A stretch of DNA of 63,066 bases, filler included, from Asterionella formosa (GCA_002256025.1; 16 parts of 16 records of this genome joined end to end with filler, not necessarily neighbours in it); one strand, 5' to 3'; shown: positions 1 to 12,836, counted from the whole stretch's first letter. Made by a program: numbers and translations. Notes: generated by a model not told the origin, from the sequence alone.

Positions 1-59
1 AAGACAACGACAACAGTTATCAAGTAGTACAATGTCTTCGAGAAACCATAAAGAGGTTC

Positions 60-2035
60 ATGGAAACAAGCGACATGTGGCAAATTGCTACTGCCGGTAT
101 TGAACAAAGAAGCAAGTTTCAAAATGAGTTTACAAAGAAAAAGCGAATAGGCGATTATCCAAAGCAACCCAATCGGCGATTGGGAGACATTGGGGGTAAT
201 ACCCCATTGTCCATGGGGACACCATCAGCTTCTAGTACAAAGGATCCCGTAATTGATACTGACAGCAATGATGACGTTTCTACTTCAGTTGTTGCTACAA
301 GAAAAATGGCTCCTGTCGATGATGACATTAATAACTCCCGGATGCAGATGGACGACATGGTACCATATCATCAATTTTACTAATCACACAAACCAACAAG
401 TACATGACAAACTGAGGGAAAAACATTTTGCACTTGCCAAAGGATGTTATCAATTGGTCAATGAACTCAATCACTACAAAAGTCGTAATTCGGTTCAAAA
501 CTCGCTTGTCCATACGAGGTTATCAAGACTCTTCAATTTCAGCAGCCTTATCGGAACGTCGTTCTCGCTTAGCTAAAATTGAACCGATCCATCAATTGTC
601 ACGAAGGTTGTGAGTTTTATATTCAAGACCAAGAAGTCTTGCTGTGAACATGTAAGTTTGATGTTATAGTTTGTGAATTGCAGGTACTGTAAAACAGAAT
701 ATCAATCAAATGTGCTTTTTCCTGGTCCCAAAAGAGAATCAAACATCCCGCCCTGCCTATCTGGTCCAAGTAGTATGAAAGGCATTTCCAATCACAAAAA
801 AGATTGGTTTGACGAATGTTGCCTAACTCGGCTATACACAGTGAAACCGGAGTTAGGCAAAGAAGTGGAGAGTGACTCAGAGCTTGCCAATTTCATATGG
901 AATGGTTCTGATGCACTACTTTCAATGAATCAGACCATTGAACGTACCAACAAGGCATGTTTAGATTACATCAAATCAACATTTGGTGTCATGTGCATTA
1001 AAAAGTTGAGTGAGAGAATGTCAGAATGTATTGAATAATCAATTTAAAGGAATCTTAGGTAAGTTCTTGCAGGGAGATGCTCCGAAAGCATGATGCTTTG
1101 TGTTGGGGATTATATTCTTATCAAATATGTTTGCTAACATAATTCATGACACACCAGCTGGTTTAACAGAATATAACTTCCAGACTATGGATATTGATGA
1201 CTTAATTAGGTGGGCGTTTCGCTTTATCGTCTTGCGCAGTCAAAGGACATTGACAGGGGAAGCCATGGATACCAAGCAAGTCTGGCGTGATGTTCTTGCT
1301 CCGGTGTATTTTATAGGCAGGACAAGCCGTGGAGAACCATTTTTAACAGGTGAAAAATCTGGTGTGACCAAATTTCAACTCAGTCTTCGGGCACAGTGTG
1401 AATTGCAAACACGTTTTGTTGGTTCGCTAATCAGTGCCAGTACAGAAGCATTTTGCTTCTTGGTGCTGAAAGGAAAATTCCGTTTACAAAAAATATATTT
1501 GGGTTTCAATCCAGATACCCATGAAATTTCAGAGAAAAAACGATATTCGTCATTCTACCGATTTTGTCGACATTGGTGGGAAACTACTTATTAAAAAAAG
1601 TGTGAGCAAGGGAAGAAAGTTCAGTTTCAATTGGTCTTACTGATCAATGGACTGATGATGTTGATTTACTCGTTTATTATAAGGAAATCTACACTGGACT
1701 TTCACAAAAGAATGGAATGATGATTTACTCGTTTATTATTAGGAAATCTACACTGGACTTTCACAAAAGAATCGATCTGAATATGGAAAGAATCCTAGTG
1801 GAAATGCTGCTTCAAGAACAAATATCATCTACCCACACTCATACTTCTCATTTCCCAACGTAAGTAAAGAGGATATGCATGACTTTGTTGGATCACTTCA
1901 ACCAAATGTTCTTGAAAAGAATATTGATTAAAATCACCGCATTAATCAATGATACATTGTTGACGATGTCGATTTTGAATGGATCTAATGGAATCCAATG
2001 CATACTTATCAGTTACATAATAATTATAGGAGACA
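60..2035 (+). pseudogene. Decayed multi-exon ORF upstream of the transposase core in the Plavaka-type element; function unknown
   Basis: Frameshifted ORF pieces (60..383, 673..1038 with CRYC..H..C, 1100..1594) and GTAAGT donor-like sites at about 1059 and 1860. Conserved in the copies at 21863-23220 and 39150-40668. Confidence 0.55.
1661..1771 (+). repeat. Local tandem duplication, period about 60 bp
   Basis: TGATTTACTCGTTTATTAT(A/T)AGGAAATCTACACTGGACTTTCACAAAAGAAT occurs twice; single in the paralog at about 39420-39470. Confidence 0.9.
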
Positions 2036-2370
2036 CCTTATGCAATGATACAACTGAATTGAGCGTTGTTGAATTTCATAACATACTTTTGGCAGCATTT
2101 CTTGTTCCTGCTTTGAAACCACAGGAATCAAGGAAATCTCTGAAATACACCGCAAGAAGTTTTGGAACAGATAAGGAAAGATAATTTTTATTTTGCCATG
2201 CCTCCACGTAATTTATGGAAATCAATCGGGTGGGACCAAAAACTAACAAGCGAACGTTGATAATTATATAAGAAGAATATAAATGATAATGGTAACAATA
2301 TAGTTTTGCATACTAAATTGATTATTATGAGGTTTTCACAAACTACAATTTCCTAAGAAATGATTATCCA

Positions 2371-4693
2371 ATGGTCCATAATTTGTTCTTTTTCACTCCC
2401 AAAGAACCTAAGATGGTCCTTCTTGTTTCGTCCGAAATTTTACTTCTCCACTTTTCAACTGGAGTTCGATATGAGTCTGCAAACTTTTTGAAGTTGATTC
2501 CAGAAAGGCTATCATCAGATACAAAATTTTCTTTCAATTTTTTATCAATTTTGATACATCCAGATATTTGGCCAAGAGGTGCATGATTATATCATTTGAA
2601 GGGAGCAAGTTTGTCATTACTTTGTTGTATCATGGATTTTACGTAGACAACTTCATCCTTCTTGAAAGAAGAGTTGCAAGGAACTCGTCCAAATACTTTG
2701 TTCAACATTTTTAAATCTAAATAGGATGTCAAAATTTTGTCGATACAAAATTGAAGAACAGTTATTTCCAACGAGAATTTGTCGTTGTCACTCGAGGCCA
2801 AACTGTGCGTTCCAAGATGAAAGTATGTTGACTTGGTTGGTGAGTCAGATGTAATGGATAAGAAATCGTCTGTTCGATCTGTTGCTACCACCTGCCTGAC
2901 GTCGTTTTAAAACTTTCCAGGACTCAGTCTCCAATCGGAAATGTGCCCGTTTGCCAAGAAATTTGGTTTTGCCATTCCTTTCCTTTCTAATTGCAATAGA
3001 GTTTCCAACACTTTCACAATTGTAAAAGGTCCACATGACCATCCACTGTCATCTTCTGGTTGAAATAACATGGAATCATGTTCAGTGGCCATACTGATCT
3101 GCAATGGTGCTTTGGTGCCAGCATAGAAAGATTCCGAGAAACCAATTTCTTCAGGTATATGGGATTCTTGTGGAAGATATCCTGTATTGGTGCATAACAA
3201 TTCCAATTCTTTTCTGCATCCGGGGATGATGCAGTACTTATAGGCAAGGTGCAATGCTTGATCATAATGTTCATCCACACTTGCACCTTTTCCTGGGTCA
3301 CTGACGTGACATAATCCATCATTTGTAGCAAAAAGATAATGCACAAAATGATTGTTTTCCTCCTCATCTGATCTTTTGCAATACACAATTAGCACACATT
3401 TACTCTCATGATGAAGTGGATGACAATCACCTTGGTATATATATGGATTGCTATTACCCTTTTCTGGGTTCTCATCCAAATCAAATATAGTATAAACTTT
3501 ACATCACTTGGATGAAGCTCATGAATTATATAATGGATCATAGAGTTGCATATATCTTGTGGTGGGGTATGAGTGTACAACTCTTTCCACAATTTTAGTT
3601 GTCCATGCGATTTCATCGATTTCGGTAAACTCAAGGAAAATGCCGTTTGCTTTGGCATAATAAATCTACACATTTCACATGCCGACTCTTCACGAAAGTA
3701 GCTGCCTTCTGGATTGTTTTCAATGATTTTACAAAGAAATTCTTTTTCTTCCATGTATGATTTGGAAAAAGATTCAATATTGTGTTTCTGACTTCGTTCC
3801 CTATTCTGAGTATCAACTGCCTTAGCCAGAATCACATCATATCTCTTTCTGCATTGATCTTCTTGAATTTTAGGTCTTGATCTAGCTCAGACTTTTTCTT
3901 GAATATCTGTTCTTTTAGAAATGCAATAGTTTTTCTGCTTTCATGATGTTCATGTTGATGTTCTGGACGGATAGTGAAATATGTTTCTTTGTTTTGCAAC
4001 TTTTCAACCATTTCTACTTCTGAAGTGTTGTCTGCCACATTTCCGCCGATATTTTCATTCATCGCATGAATTTGTTCATCAAATGAATGAGAATCACTGA
4101 GTTCTTCTTCATTATCAGCGATTTCGGGAGAATGAGGAGATAAATACGACACTGGATGGTGGAACTGTGACTCTCTACGAATAGAGTCTCCATCCACGAA
4201 GACCATTTGTTTGGGTTTCCTGTTCAAAAGCAATCTTCCCTTATTTTCAATCTCAGCCACTATTGTATCGCTTGGCATACTTCATTATTTTTCTAGAGAA
4301 TTATGAATCTGTTCAAATTCATTTGATCCTTGAGTGTATTCAAAGGAATCATCGATTGATTTCATAGCTTTCGTCATCTTCTTTTTCGGAAACATAAATT
4401 TGTGTAGTGTAAACAATGGAAGTAAGTCTCGTTTCTTGTTTGACTGATCCTTTCATTCAAATCCGTGAAATGCCATTTGGAAAGTTGTCAAAGGGCCAGA
4501 AGACTATAATGTAAAACAGTGAAAGGGAAACGCGGAGCTTTTTGCGGCGCTTGTGGAGGTGGAACTGGTGTGATGGTAACTGAGTGTAGTAATTGTTGAA
4601 CAGAGCAAAGTGTAATATGCATGTTCCGCCAGCGTAGGGTTTACACAATACACATGCTGGCATATATATAGCTAAAACAACAAAAGACGACAC
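2371..4693 (-). pseudogene. Ulp1/C48-like cysteine protease cargo gene of the Plavaka-type element (frameshifted)
   Basis: ORF 2907..3479 has NNHF (His 3348-3350), VSDP (Asp 3297-3299) and FQPEDDSGWSCGPF (Gln 3060-3062, Cys 3033-3035), the H-D-Q-C order of clan CE proteases. Upstream acidic/coiled-coil pieces lie at 3389-4278. Confidence 0.7.
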
Positions 4694-5284
4694 AACAATG
4701 AACGTGATGGCTGGTTATTGAGGATACCGGTATGTGATAGGCATCAATCCATGTCACAAATCATATTATAGTGATGTACATATCAATGCATCTGTATACT
4801 TAGATCCTATCCACTGTATAATACCATCATATTAACTGTTGACAGTAACTGTATACATTAAACGACAAACATATATATTAATTAACATATTTTATGATTG
4901 CTTGATTTATATTCTATGATGTCTTGGTAATACCTGCGTAAATATTTTATTGTACTTTATTGTCATTGTACTATTTTTACATGATCATATTTTGATCAAA
5001 ATTATATCATAAACATTTTATAAAATCAAAATAGTTTTTTTGATCAATGTATCATAGCTATGTGATGTACTTTAGTCAATATTACGTATCATACTTTGGT
5101 GATGTATGCATCGATGTAACCATATCATGATATCACGTTATCATCTTATCAATCATGATGAGATGATTGGGAAGCAACTGTATTATGCATCATGCTATGG
5201 GGTATATCATTATATCACGCAATTTAGTAGCTAACAAGTCACTCCGCCTGTAATGTACTAAAGTCGACAGTGCACATGCCGGTA

Positions 5285-5735
5285 CTCACATGCTAATCAG
5301 GTCTGAGGCAACGTACAGTGGTTCCAACGAGCGAATGATGATACCACGGGTACCAATTTTTCCAGAAAAAAAACTATTTTCTCTATTGATGAGGATGACA
5401 TGGACAGGGACACCGACTTTTCCAGGAGCAAACAACAATGAAGAGACCCACTTCGTCTGCGTCGCTCTATTGATGGTAACAAAGATGCGGACAAGTTCAA
5501 CAGTGAATACAAGAACAACATACCAATGAAAACAAGTCCACAGTGTGTGCATGCACACGCCAAGCAAGTTTGAGGCAACGGACAATTCCAACAAGCAAAT
5601 GACGATACAGATATCAAATTCTTCCTATGAGCAAACAACAGTGAAAAGAGCCACTTGCTTTCGCTCTCTTGCTTGATGGTATCAAAGATGCGGACAAGTT
5701 CAATAGTTAATTCAAGTACAGTATGCCAAATGCAG
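5285..5735. repeat. Diverged internal tandem duplication (about 267-bp period) in the element
   Basis: TGAGGCAACG at 5304 and 5571, and AAAGATGCGGACAAGTTCAA twice. Also present inverted at about 32420-32880. Confidence 0.8.
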
Positions 5736-6381
5736 AAACGAGCAAGCGATATGAAAATGAAATGCATTCTAATCAGAATCATTCTATAACTATAGCTATG
5801 TGGACAGTAGTCTGTTATGCACATTTTCGTATCTCCTTCTATATTGAATCTCAATAGTAGTGCTAGATGTAATATCATGTGAGAATTGAAAATGTCAAAG
5901 AGAACAAGTACCGGTAGAATGTGTCTGTTTACGGGATGGTTGGCAAGATTGTCATGCTGAAGTGGATGAAACGGATATACTTTGTGCACTGCATGCGGAA
6001 ACATTACGAGTTTGAATGGTTTCTTCTTTCCTGTAAACTCTTAATTGAATGGCTGATTATGAACAAAGGTACACTGCACATGACGATTACTCGAAGATAT
6101 AAAGATCACTTGACCAACAAGTTGAAGATGTTATCACAAACATTCATTCCGCTTGTCATTGCTAGTATTTCGTTGTTGTTGCAAAAATCGGAGTGATGAC
6201 GGATGAAAATGATGAGCCAAATTACATTACTTGAACTGGTACATTGTCCTACCAAGAAATTCGAATACAGGAATCAAATAGAAACAATACCTATAATAAT
6301 TAAATATATGTAGTCAAAAGGGTTACTATTTAAATTACAAAAGCATTTATCAAAATTATTAGATGATATAACGAAAAATTA

Positions 6382-6443
6382 TGATCAGATGATCACAATC
6401 CTATGATGCATCATGGAAATATGATAGTTTTTATTTGCAGACA
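6382..6443 (-). repeat. Terminal inverted repeat of the Plavaka-type element
   Basis: Nearly identical to 15721-15780 and to the reverse complement of 31734-31795. Contains the palindrome ATGATGCATCAT. Confidence 0.85.
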
Positions 6444-9400
6444 TGGGTCGCGCTCACATATTCATCTAATAACTCTTCTGCATCATTTACCGTTCGAACA
6501 TCATTACCGTTAATCTGTAACAGAATGCGACCATGGAGTAATTGCGTAGGTCCTTTGGTCATACTTCGTCCAAAGGCACTGCAAGGCTCAATACCAATAA
6601 TTTCTTAGCGAGCCAAATCAAGGAGATATTCTAACATCAGTCCATATGCCTCATCAGGGAGAAGATCTGAAATTTTCGTTATAGACATGTCATGAGGTAA
6701 CCACGGCAAACAGCTAGGTATAAGATCATCAATAGCATGTCGCAGAGCCATGGTGTGCGTTGCTACTGGTTGACCACCAGCTGGATGATCTAAGAGCGCC
6801 TTGGCAGCTGGCGAACGATCACTGGGAAGACGATGAACGCACAATTCGTCAACTAATGCATGATGTGCATATTGAATCCGACCAGAGTCATCAATATTTT
6901 GATATATATGAGCTGTTCCTTGAAAACCCACAACAATGCAAAGAAGTGTATTGAATTCTTGTCTGTGACAACTAGATCGACGATTTTTGACATGGAGGGG
7001 AGACCCAAATATGAAGGCCATGGATAAGTTAGGTGCATGCTTGTGAAACACTTCATGTGGTGTGCGGCCATTGTGCTCATCCGACGGTCGGACGTTAAGA
7101 AGGAAAGTTGCATAAGTGACTGCAAAACACCATAAGGACGCATCCATTTGAGCTCCATACATCAAGCATTGAGCAGTAAGACCGATCAATTTGATAGATA
7201 CCTCTGCTTTGCCATTTTGAGAAGATGTATATGCCTCTGTGGGTTCAGCTGTGATATGTAACAGTGACAATTGCGTTTTTAATGTGTTATTCGCAAATAA
7301 TTCACCATCCATATGAATGTGACGAACGTTGTGACCTGTTCGAATTTGAATATGTTGAATAATCCATAAAATGAGTTTGACCGGGTTGCCTTGGATTGGC
7401 GGCAGAATGTCCATCGGTGATTGGAAGTAGCTTCAGTGACGACAAGAAAACATTTGAAACCACGACATGATTGCTTCCCATAAAAACCAAAATCCATGTG
7501 CAATAATTGTCCCACTACCTTAAATGGAGATTCCTTGGTGTGATTTTTAGGAAGTGATGGTTGTTTTTCTTTTAGACAGATAGGGCATGAGAAATTGGTG
7601 GGAATAGGAACATTTGGGGGAAGACCAATAACACTCTTCCCATTGAGCAGTAGTTGCATCGCTCGATGGCCGGGACAACCCATTCGCAAGTGAATAAGGT
7701 GATATAGCCCTTCAGGTTTCATAGTATTAACTAGGTTAATAGCAGATGTAGTGATCGTGAGAGCAGGGAAATGGAGGCACACAATTAGATAATCGGCGTC
7801 ATCGAATGTAAGAAGTTTAAATGAGTATTCTTTTCCATAAGGGAGCTTTAACCAGAGGAGGTTCCCATGTCGGCGAGGGCGATGATCAGCTTCATATCCA
7901 ATTTGTTTGAGGGCATGAATACTAAGTAACCGTCGGCGATAATGGGGAAGTTCAACAGTGTTTGGCAAGAACATTTCTAATTCGAGTGTACGATCAGCAG
8001 AAATGAAACAAGGTAGTAATGTGCCAATATTACCAACTTGATCATTGTCTCCAATTTTGGCAGTTTGACAGACCACGTTAGAGCTGACCACGTTATGGAG
8101 CTCATTACTGACACATGTCACATTTCCATTTGCTCCAGTATCAACATGCATGAGAGTCTCACCATCTTGAAGGAGGGCAGCATATTCAAGAGCAGCAGTA
8201 ATTGAGGTGGAGGTGGCATGTGGTAAAGAATATGGAGCACTGTGTTGAATTTCAGTGGGATCATGATGTGAGTATGTTGGATTAGGTTCTGGATTCGGTG
8301 TCATAGCTATGCAAGAAGGATCAAGGACAGCAACCATGCCAGTATGGTAGACAGATGGTATGGTGGAAGTGTGACCAGTATGGTCCCAACTGTAGACATG
8401 GGGAGTAGGCTCAAGAGATGAAGCGAAATCTGCAGCTGAAGTAGATTGCACCTCGTCGAGCAAGGAATCAACTAGTGGTGCATGTGAGTCTTCATGGGTT
8501 GTGGATGAGATTGCGTTGACATGTAATGCACAAGAGGGTGAAGATGTTGTCTGTAGATATTGACGAGATGCACGAAGAGTGGATGGGGTACTGTCAAAAG
8601 GTGGGAGTTGAGCTGTCTGGGCGGTCTTTGCTCTGACTAATAGCTCTTTCCTGGTGTCAGATAGTCCATTGAGGTGCAAGCAATCTGGCGTCTTATGGTT
8701 GTCCCCAAACAAATACAACAACAAAGGGGATCATGTTTGACACCACACCAAGAGTAGTGGCTTACACCATGTGGATTTGCTGAACGAGCTTGTTGAATAG
8801 CAGAGACAATGAGGGAATGAATAGGATGTTGCGTAGGATCAAGAGATAAGCTGCCAGCAAGAGCACATTCCAAAGTGTGTTCAACATCAATTGCAGGTAT
8901 TAATACCTGCTTGTGAGTTGAGAAATGATTAACCGAGTGAAGCATCAAGGACCATTTGATTGCCTGAAATGGTATATTGGGGAGCTGAAGCAGTATGTTG
9001 TGCAAAGCCGAGCGCAAAGTTATCACGAAGACCAGGGTGAAAAAGAAGCATAAGTCTTGTAATACACCAAACCCATCACCTTTGGGATTGTGTTTGTCAA
9101 GAATATCTTTAGCTTTATCACCGTGATTGAGAGGTAATACATCTGGAGAGGATAGTACCGAGTACAGTGTATTACTGAACCGTTGATGTTCACTATCAAA
9201 GTGTTCAGCAGTAGCAGTGATGGAGAATTTAGGCCCAAACAGGATGTGCATGGTAGAGAGCAAGTCCCCATCGATAGGAGTCTCACAAAGATCGGCATCA
9301 TACAGTAAGTCCACGGCTGGCGGAAGTAAATCCATGTGAAAACCAGTGGAGTTGAGGGCAGAACGGAGAGAGTTGTACCATACAAAAAAATGGTGAGCAT

Positions 9401-10462
9401 CCAGAATGGAGAGTTTTGTTATAGCTTTACCCAACTGAGAGTATTGTCTACCATAAGGACCTAAAAGTACACCGGTAGAACTATAAAACCAGGCAACAGG
9501 GAGTGCATGGGGATGGCAAAGTAAAGAGTCAATGCGAAGTCCGCAAAGGAATGTGCCAAGTTCAATATCAGTGGGTGGTGTAGGACGGAAACGTGGAAGA
9601 AAAGGGTTATAGGAAGCGGAGGGAGCAATAGGAAAATGCTGTGATTCTTCATCACTGTTGGAAGAATCATCATCATCAGGGTCTTGATCCGGAGCAGGGA
9701 CAGGATGCAGGACTTTGTGATTTCGCTTGTTTTGCCATTGAAGGTAATCGTTAGCAATAGCTTCCCAAGGAAGGGAATCAAGTTCAGTTTGACTGAGGCC
9801 CTGAGTACCTGAAGGAAGAGTTGTTCTATGACTTGAACCTTTACCAAGACGCAAGTTTGCATGCCCCATAGCAGGGGCACTGTGGATGGAGGGACTTTCA
9901 TCAACAAAGGAGGTATGAGAGATAGCACCAGTGTAATAGGTGGATGATTGGCCTGGAGCAGAAGGAACCATTGAGATAGGTAGGAATCGGTCTTGAAAAG
10001 ATTGTCGATGATAACTGCGGCAACCAGGGCGGGTAGTAATGTGATGGAAAGCAGGGCGAACAGCAGTGAGATGTCCAGGATCAGAGTTGATGGAGAGGTT
10101 GGTTGGATATGATCCCTCCTGAGGAGAGTCTGGGAGAGGTACATGATGAGGGGACCCCAATTCAGCACAGAGATCATTAAGTTGAGCAGGAGATCAACAA
10201 AATAAGTTAGGCATTGGACCGGTAGGAGGGACCATGATGTGTATAGAAGCATCAGATTGAAGCTGGGTAGAACGTCAAGGAATTGCTGGCGTGCGGCGAC
10301 TGCTTTGCATGCGATTATGATTGATGTCCATTTGAGTGTAGGTATATTGCCTGTACATGATTGTAAAGCAAGACCAATATAAATGACTAGGATTACTATG
10401 TGTGAGCCTTCAATAGCACTGTCAGTCGTAGGCTCAGTGTCCCTGCTTTGGATCAATACCAA
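6444..10462 (-). mobile_element. Ty1/Copia LTR retrotransposon remnant: gag, protease, GAG-pre-integrase, integrase, PDZ-like segment; cut before RT by the Plavaka-type terminus
   Basis: Motifs: VDTGAN (protease), LIHLRMGCPG...CPICL (pre-integrase), LLHMDFG, HMDGE and SQNGKAE (integrase D,D,E). Copia domain order, with several frameshifts. Confidence 0.88.
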
Positions 10463-10612
10463 AACTAAATAGAAGTTGTATCAGGTAGCTTCTGTATTTG
10501 TAGTATAGTATTACCAGCAGGTTTGCCAGTAGAGTATACTAGCAGGCTGTACCGGCAATTGGTACCAGGTACGGAGGAAGTCTGTTCTTGGTATACCTCA
10601 GAGTACTTGAGT

Positions 10613-11791
10613 GGGCGCGCTCTAATAATAATAAATTATTATATCATGTGTGTATTATAACACAAATTATTCTGGTGATCTGCTACATAATATCGTCCTT
10701 GCGCTCTGATAATAGAGATATTTTAGATTACTTCTCTGACATTATGTATATTTTTAACTTAAATTTTCAACAGTTAAAATTTTCATATTGATGCATCCTC
10801 TTGTATGCTATGCCGCCTCTTGTTCATTTTATGCATGAGTTCTATATATTCATCATCGTCGGTCTGCTTCTTTCGAGCTCCTACACCAGCTGTTCAAACC
10901 TTGTTTTTATTCCTTCACTCCCTGTAGGAAAAATACGGATTTCATTGTTAGAAATTCAACAACAAAGAAAGGTCGGCAAAGATACCTCTGTTCCATCAGT
11001 TGTCTAGCACTTGGGTTAGCATGGACCAGGACTCTTGGAAACGTTGGTGCTTGCCTGGCAGTTGCCGTTCTTGAAACTGTTAGGGTTAGACCCAATTGGC
11101 AGGTGAGTAGAAATGGCTTGCAGCAATGAGAGAATCTCATTGATCCTGAACTGTTGACTCCGACTCTGCATGCTTCAGCGAGCTCTTGGAAACGTTGGTG
11201 CTCGCTTGGCAGTTGCCGTTCTTGAAACTGAACAAGTAGGAGCACGTGAAAAGTCCATCCTACTGTCCTCATCGTCACTGGCAAACTCATCAGCACCAGT
11301 GTCATCTTCATTCTCGTCGTCGTCCTCCTCCTCTTCTTCTAGTTGAGTCTGTTGTTGTTCTTGTTGCTGGTGACGGCGACGTTCAAGCAGCCTTGGAGAG
11401 GAAGGGAAGCCCTCCCTGGCTGCTCTCCTTTGACCAGAAGAAGATGAAGACATGGCCGAAATCTAAAAGCGATGACGATCGATTTATTGAGGAGGTTGAT
11501 TGATATGTAACGATGTGCATATGTACATGCATACCCATTTTGGCAAGAGCAAGCCATTATGAGTATGAGCAAGCAAGTCTTGAAATATTCCGGTAAATTC
11601 TATATAGTCATTCATGTCTAAACATCTTTTTATATAATGCACTGTTATTTATAACTGTAAAATTTTTATGTGAGGTGCTTACCAGGTTTACCAAATTTGG
11701 TCAACACAAACACAAATTTTGGGGTTATGGGTACAACGATTTGTGTTATAATACACATGATATAATAATTTTTTATTATCAGAGCACGCCC
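10613..11791. mobile_element. Non-autonomous TIR element (about 55-bp TIRs GGGCGCGCTC..., AGT/ACT flanks), PIF/Harbinger-related (PHIS) group likely
   Basis: 10613-10668 is the reverse complement of about 11739-11791. A second copy at 54676-55262 ends at the same base. Confidence 0.8.
11175..11453 (-). pseudogene. Gln/acidic-rich ORF N-terminus inside the TIR element
   Basis: MSSSSSGQRRAAREG...QQQEQQQTQLEEEEEDDDENEDD. Paralog near 54720-54951 carries a 4-nt frameshift. Confidence 0.5.
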
Positions 11792-12194
11792 ACTATCGAT
11801 TCACTGTAGATCAACAATCCAAAACGGTAGTGCGTACCTGGTAGGTTTCCAAGAACGGACGACGATCTCGTCACCCAGTGAATCAGAACTTCCACTGACG
11901 AGAACGAACTACCGGTACTGGTACCACTAGTGGTATTGTGGTACGTTAAGAAAAAAAATGTGTGCAGTGATCGTTTACTGTGGATTATTTCCGTAGCCAA
12001 AATAGTGTAATGGTCGGGAAAAACAAAACTTCACGACGAAAAGGAAAAAATGCCAATGTGGCGAATGAGAGGAAGAAGGCACCTTTTGAATGCCAAATAA
12101 CACCCTTTTGATAGAGATTACTCAATACAATTGACTACTGCTACTGTGTAGTGTATTATACAGCTGGACAGATGCAGACGACAAATGAACGATG

Positions 12195-12445
12195 TGAAAA
12201 CAATCGAATACAAATGAGAGTTTGTGGTTGGCCCCGATGGTGCGATTGAATCAACAATCAACAATTTCGTTTCTTTCAAGGAAACAGTTTAGGCTCATAA
12301 CCTGTAGTGAAAGAGGGAATGATGGAGAAGGACGACGAGGACGAACGAGGAGGAGGAGAGTAGTGTGAGTCGATTAACGAACCTGACAAGCTCAAAAAGA
12401 GTTTGGAAGGGGGTAAGTTAAAAGAGTGATTAGATTAGTTTAACC
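12195..12445. repeat. Dispersed repeat of unknown family
   Basis: Inverted homolog at about 29500-29750, e.g. TTAACGAACCTGACAAGCTCAA vs TTGAGCTTGTCAGGTTCGTTAA. Confidence 0.75.
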
Positions 12446-12532
12446 GGACTAGAATAACAAGTCACACAAGTACATAATACTTCATGCATCAGACAAAAAG
12501 ATAGATCAGAAGGACAGACTTGCGATTTATAA

Positions 12533-12836
12533 GAGAAAATGTCAACGAGAACAAGTAGAATGTGTTTGTTTATGGGTTGATTGGCAAGATTGTGATGCTG
12601 GTGGTCAACGAAATGGATTTACAATGTTTGCTGTGTGTGGAACCATTACGAGTTCGAATGATTTCTTCTCTGTAAACTCTTAATTGAATGATTATGAACA
12701 TATGTTCACTGCACGTGACGATTACTCAAAGATATAATGATCACATGACCAACAATTGAAGAGGTCGTTATCGCAAACAATCATTCCACTTGTCATTGCT
12801 ACTAGTATTTCATTGTTGTTGCAAAAGTCGGAGTGA
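12533..12836 (+). mobile_element. Fragment of the Plavaka-type element subterminal region
   Basis: Colinear with about 5880-6196; stops abruptly where the non-LTR element begins. Confidence 0.8.

Larger units (their letters stand above)
1..6443 (+). mobile_element. Plavaka-type TIR DNA transposon, copy 1 (transposase core deleted; other end outside window)
   Basis: Inverted homolog of 31734-40668. About 360-2035 matches 40668-39150 and about 2101-6443 matches 36150-31734. It ends in the terminal repeat ...TTTGCAGACA at 6443. Confidence 0.85.

Noticed and set aside
10445..10470. Possible tRNA-Met primer binding site (TGGTAT on minus strand)
   Set aside because: The match is only 6 nt, and no LTR end or paired LTR could be found.
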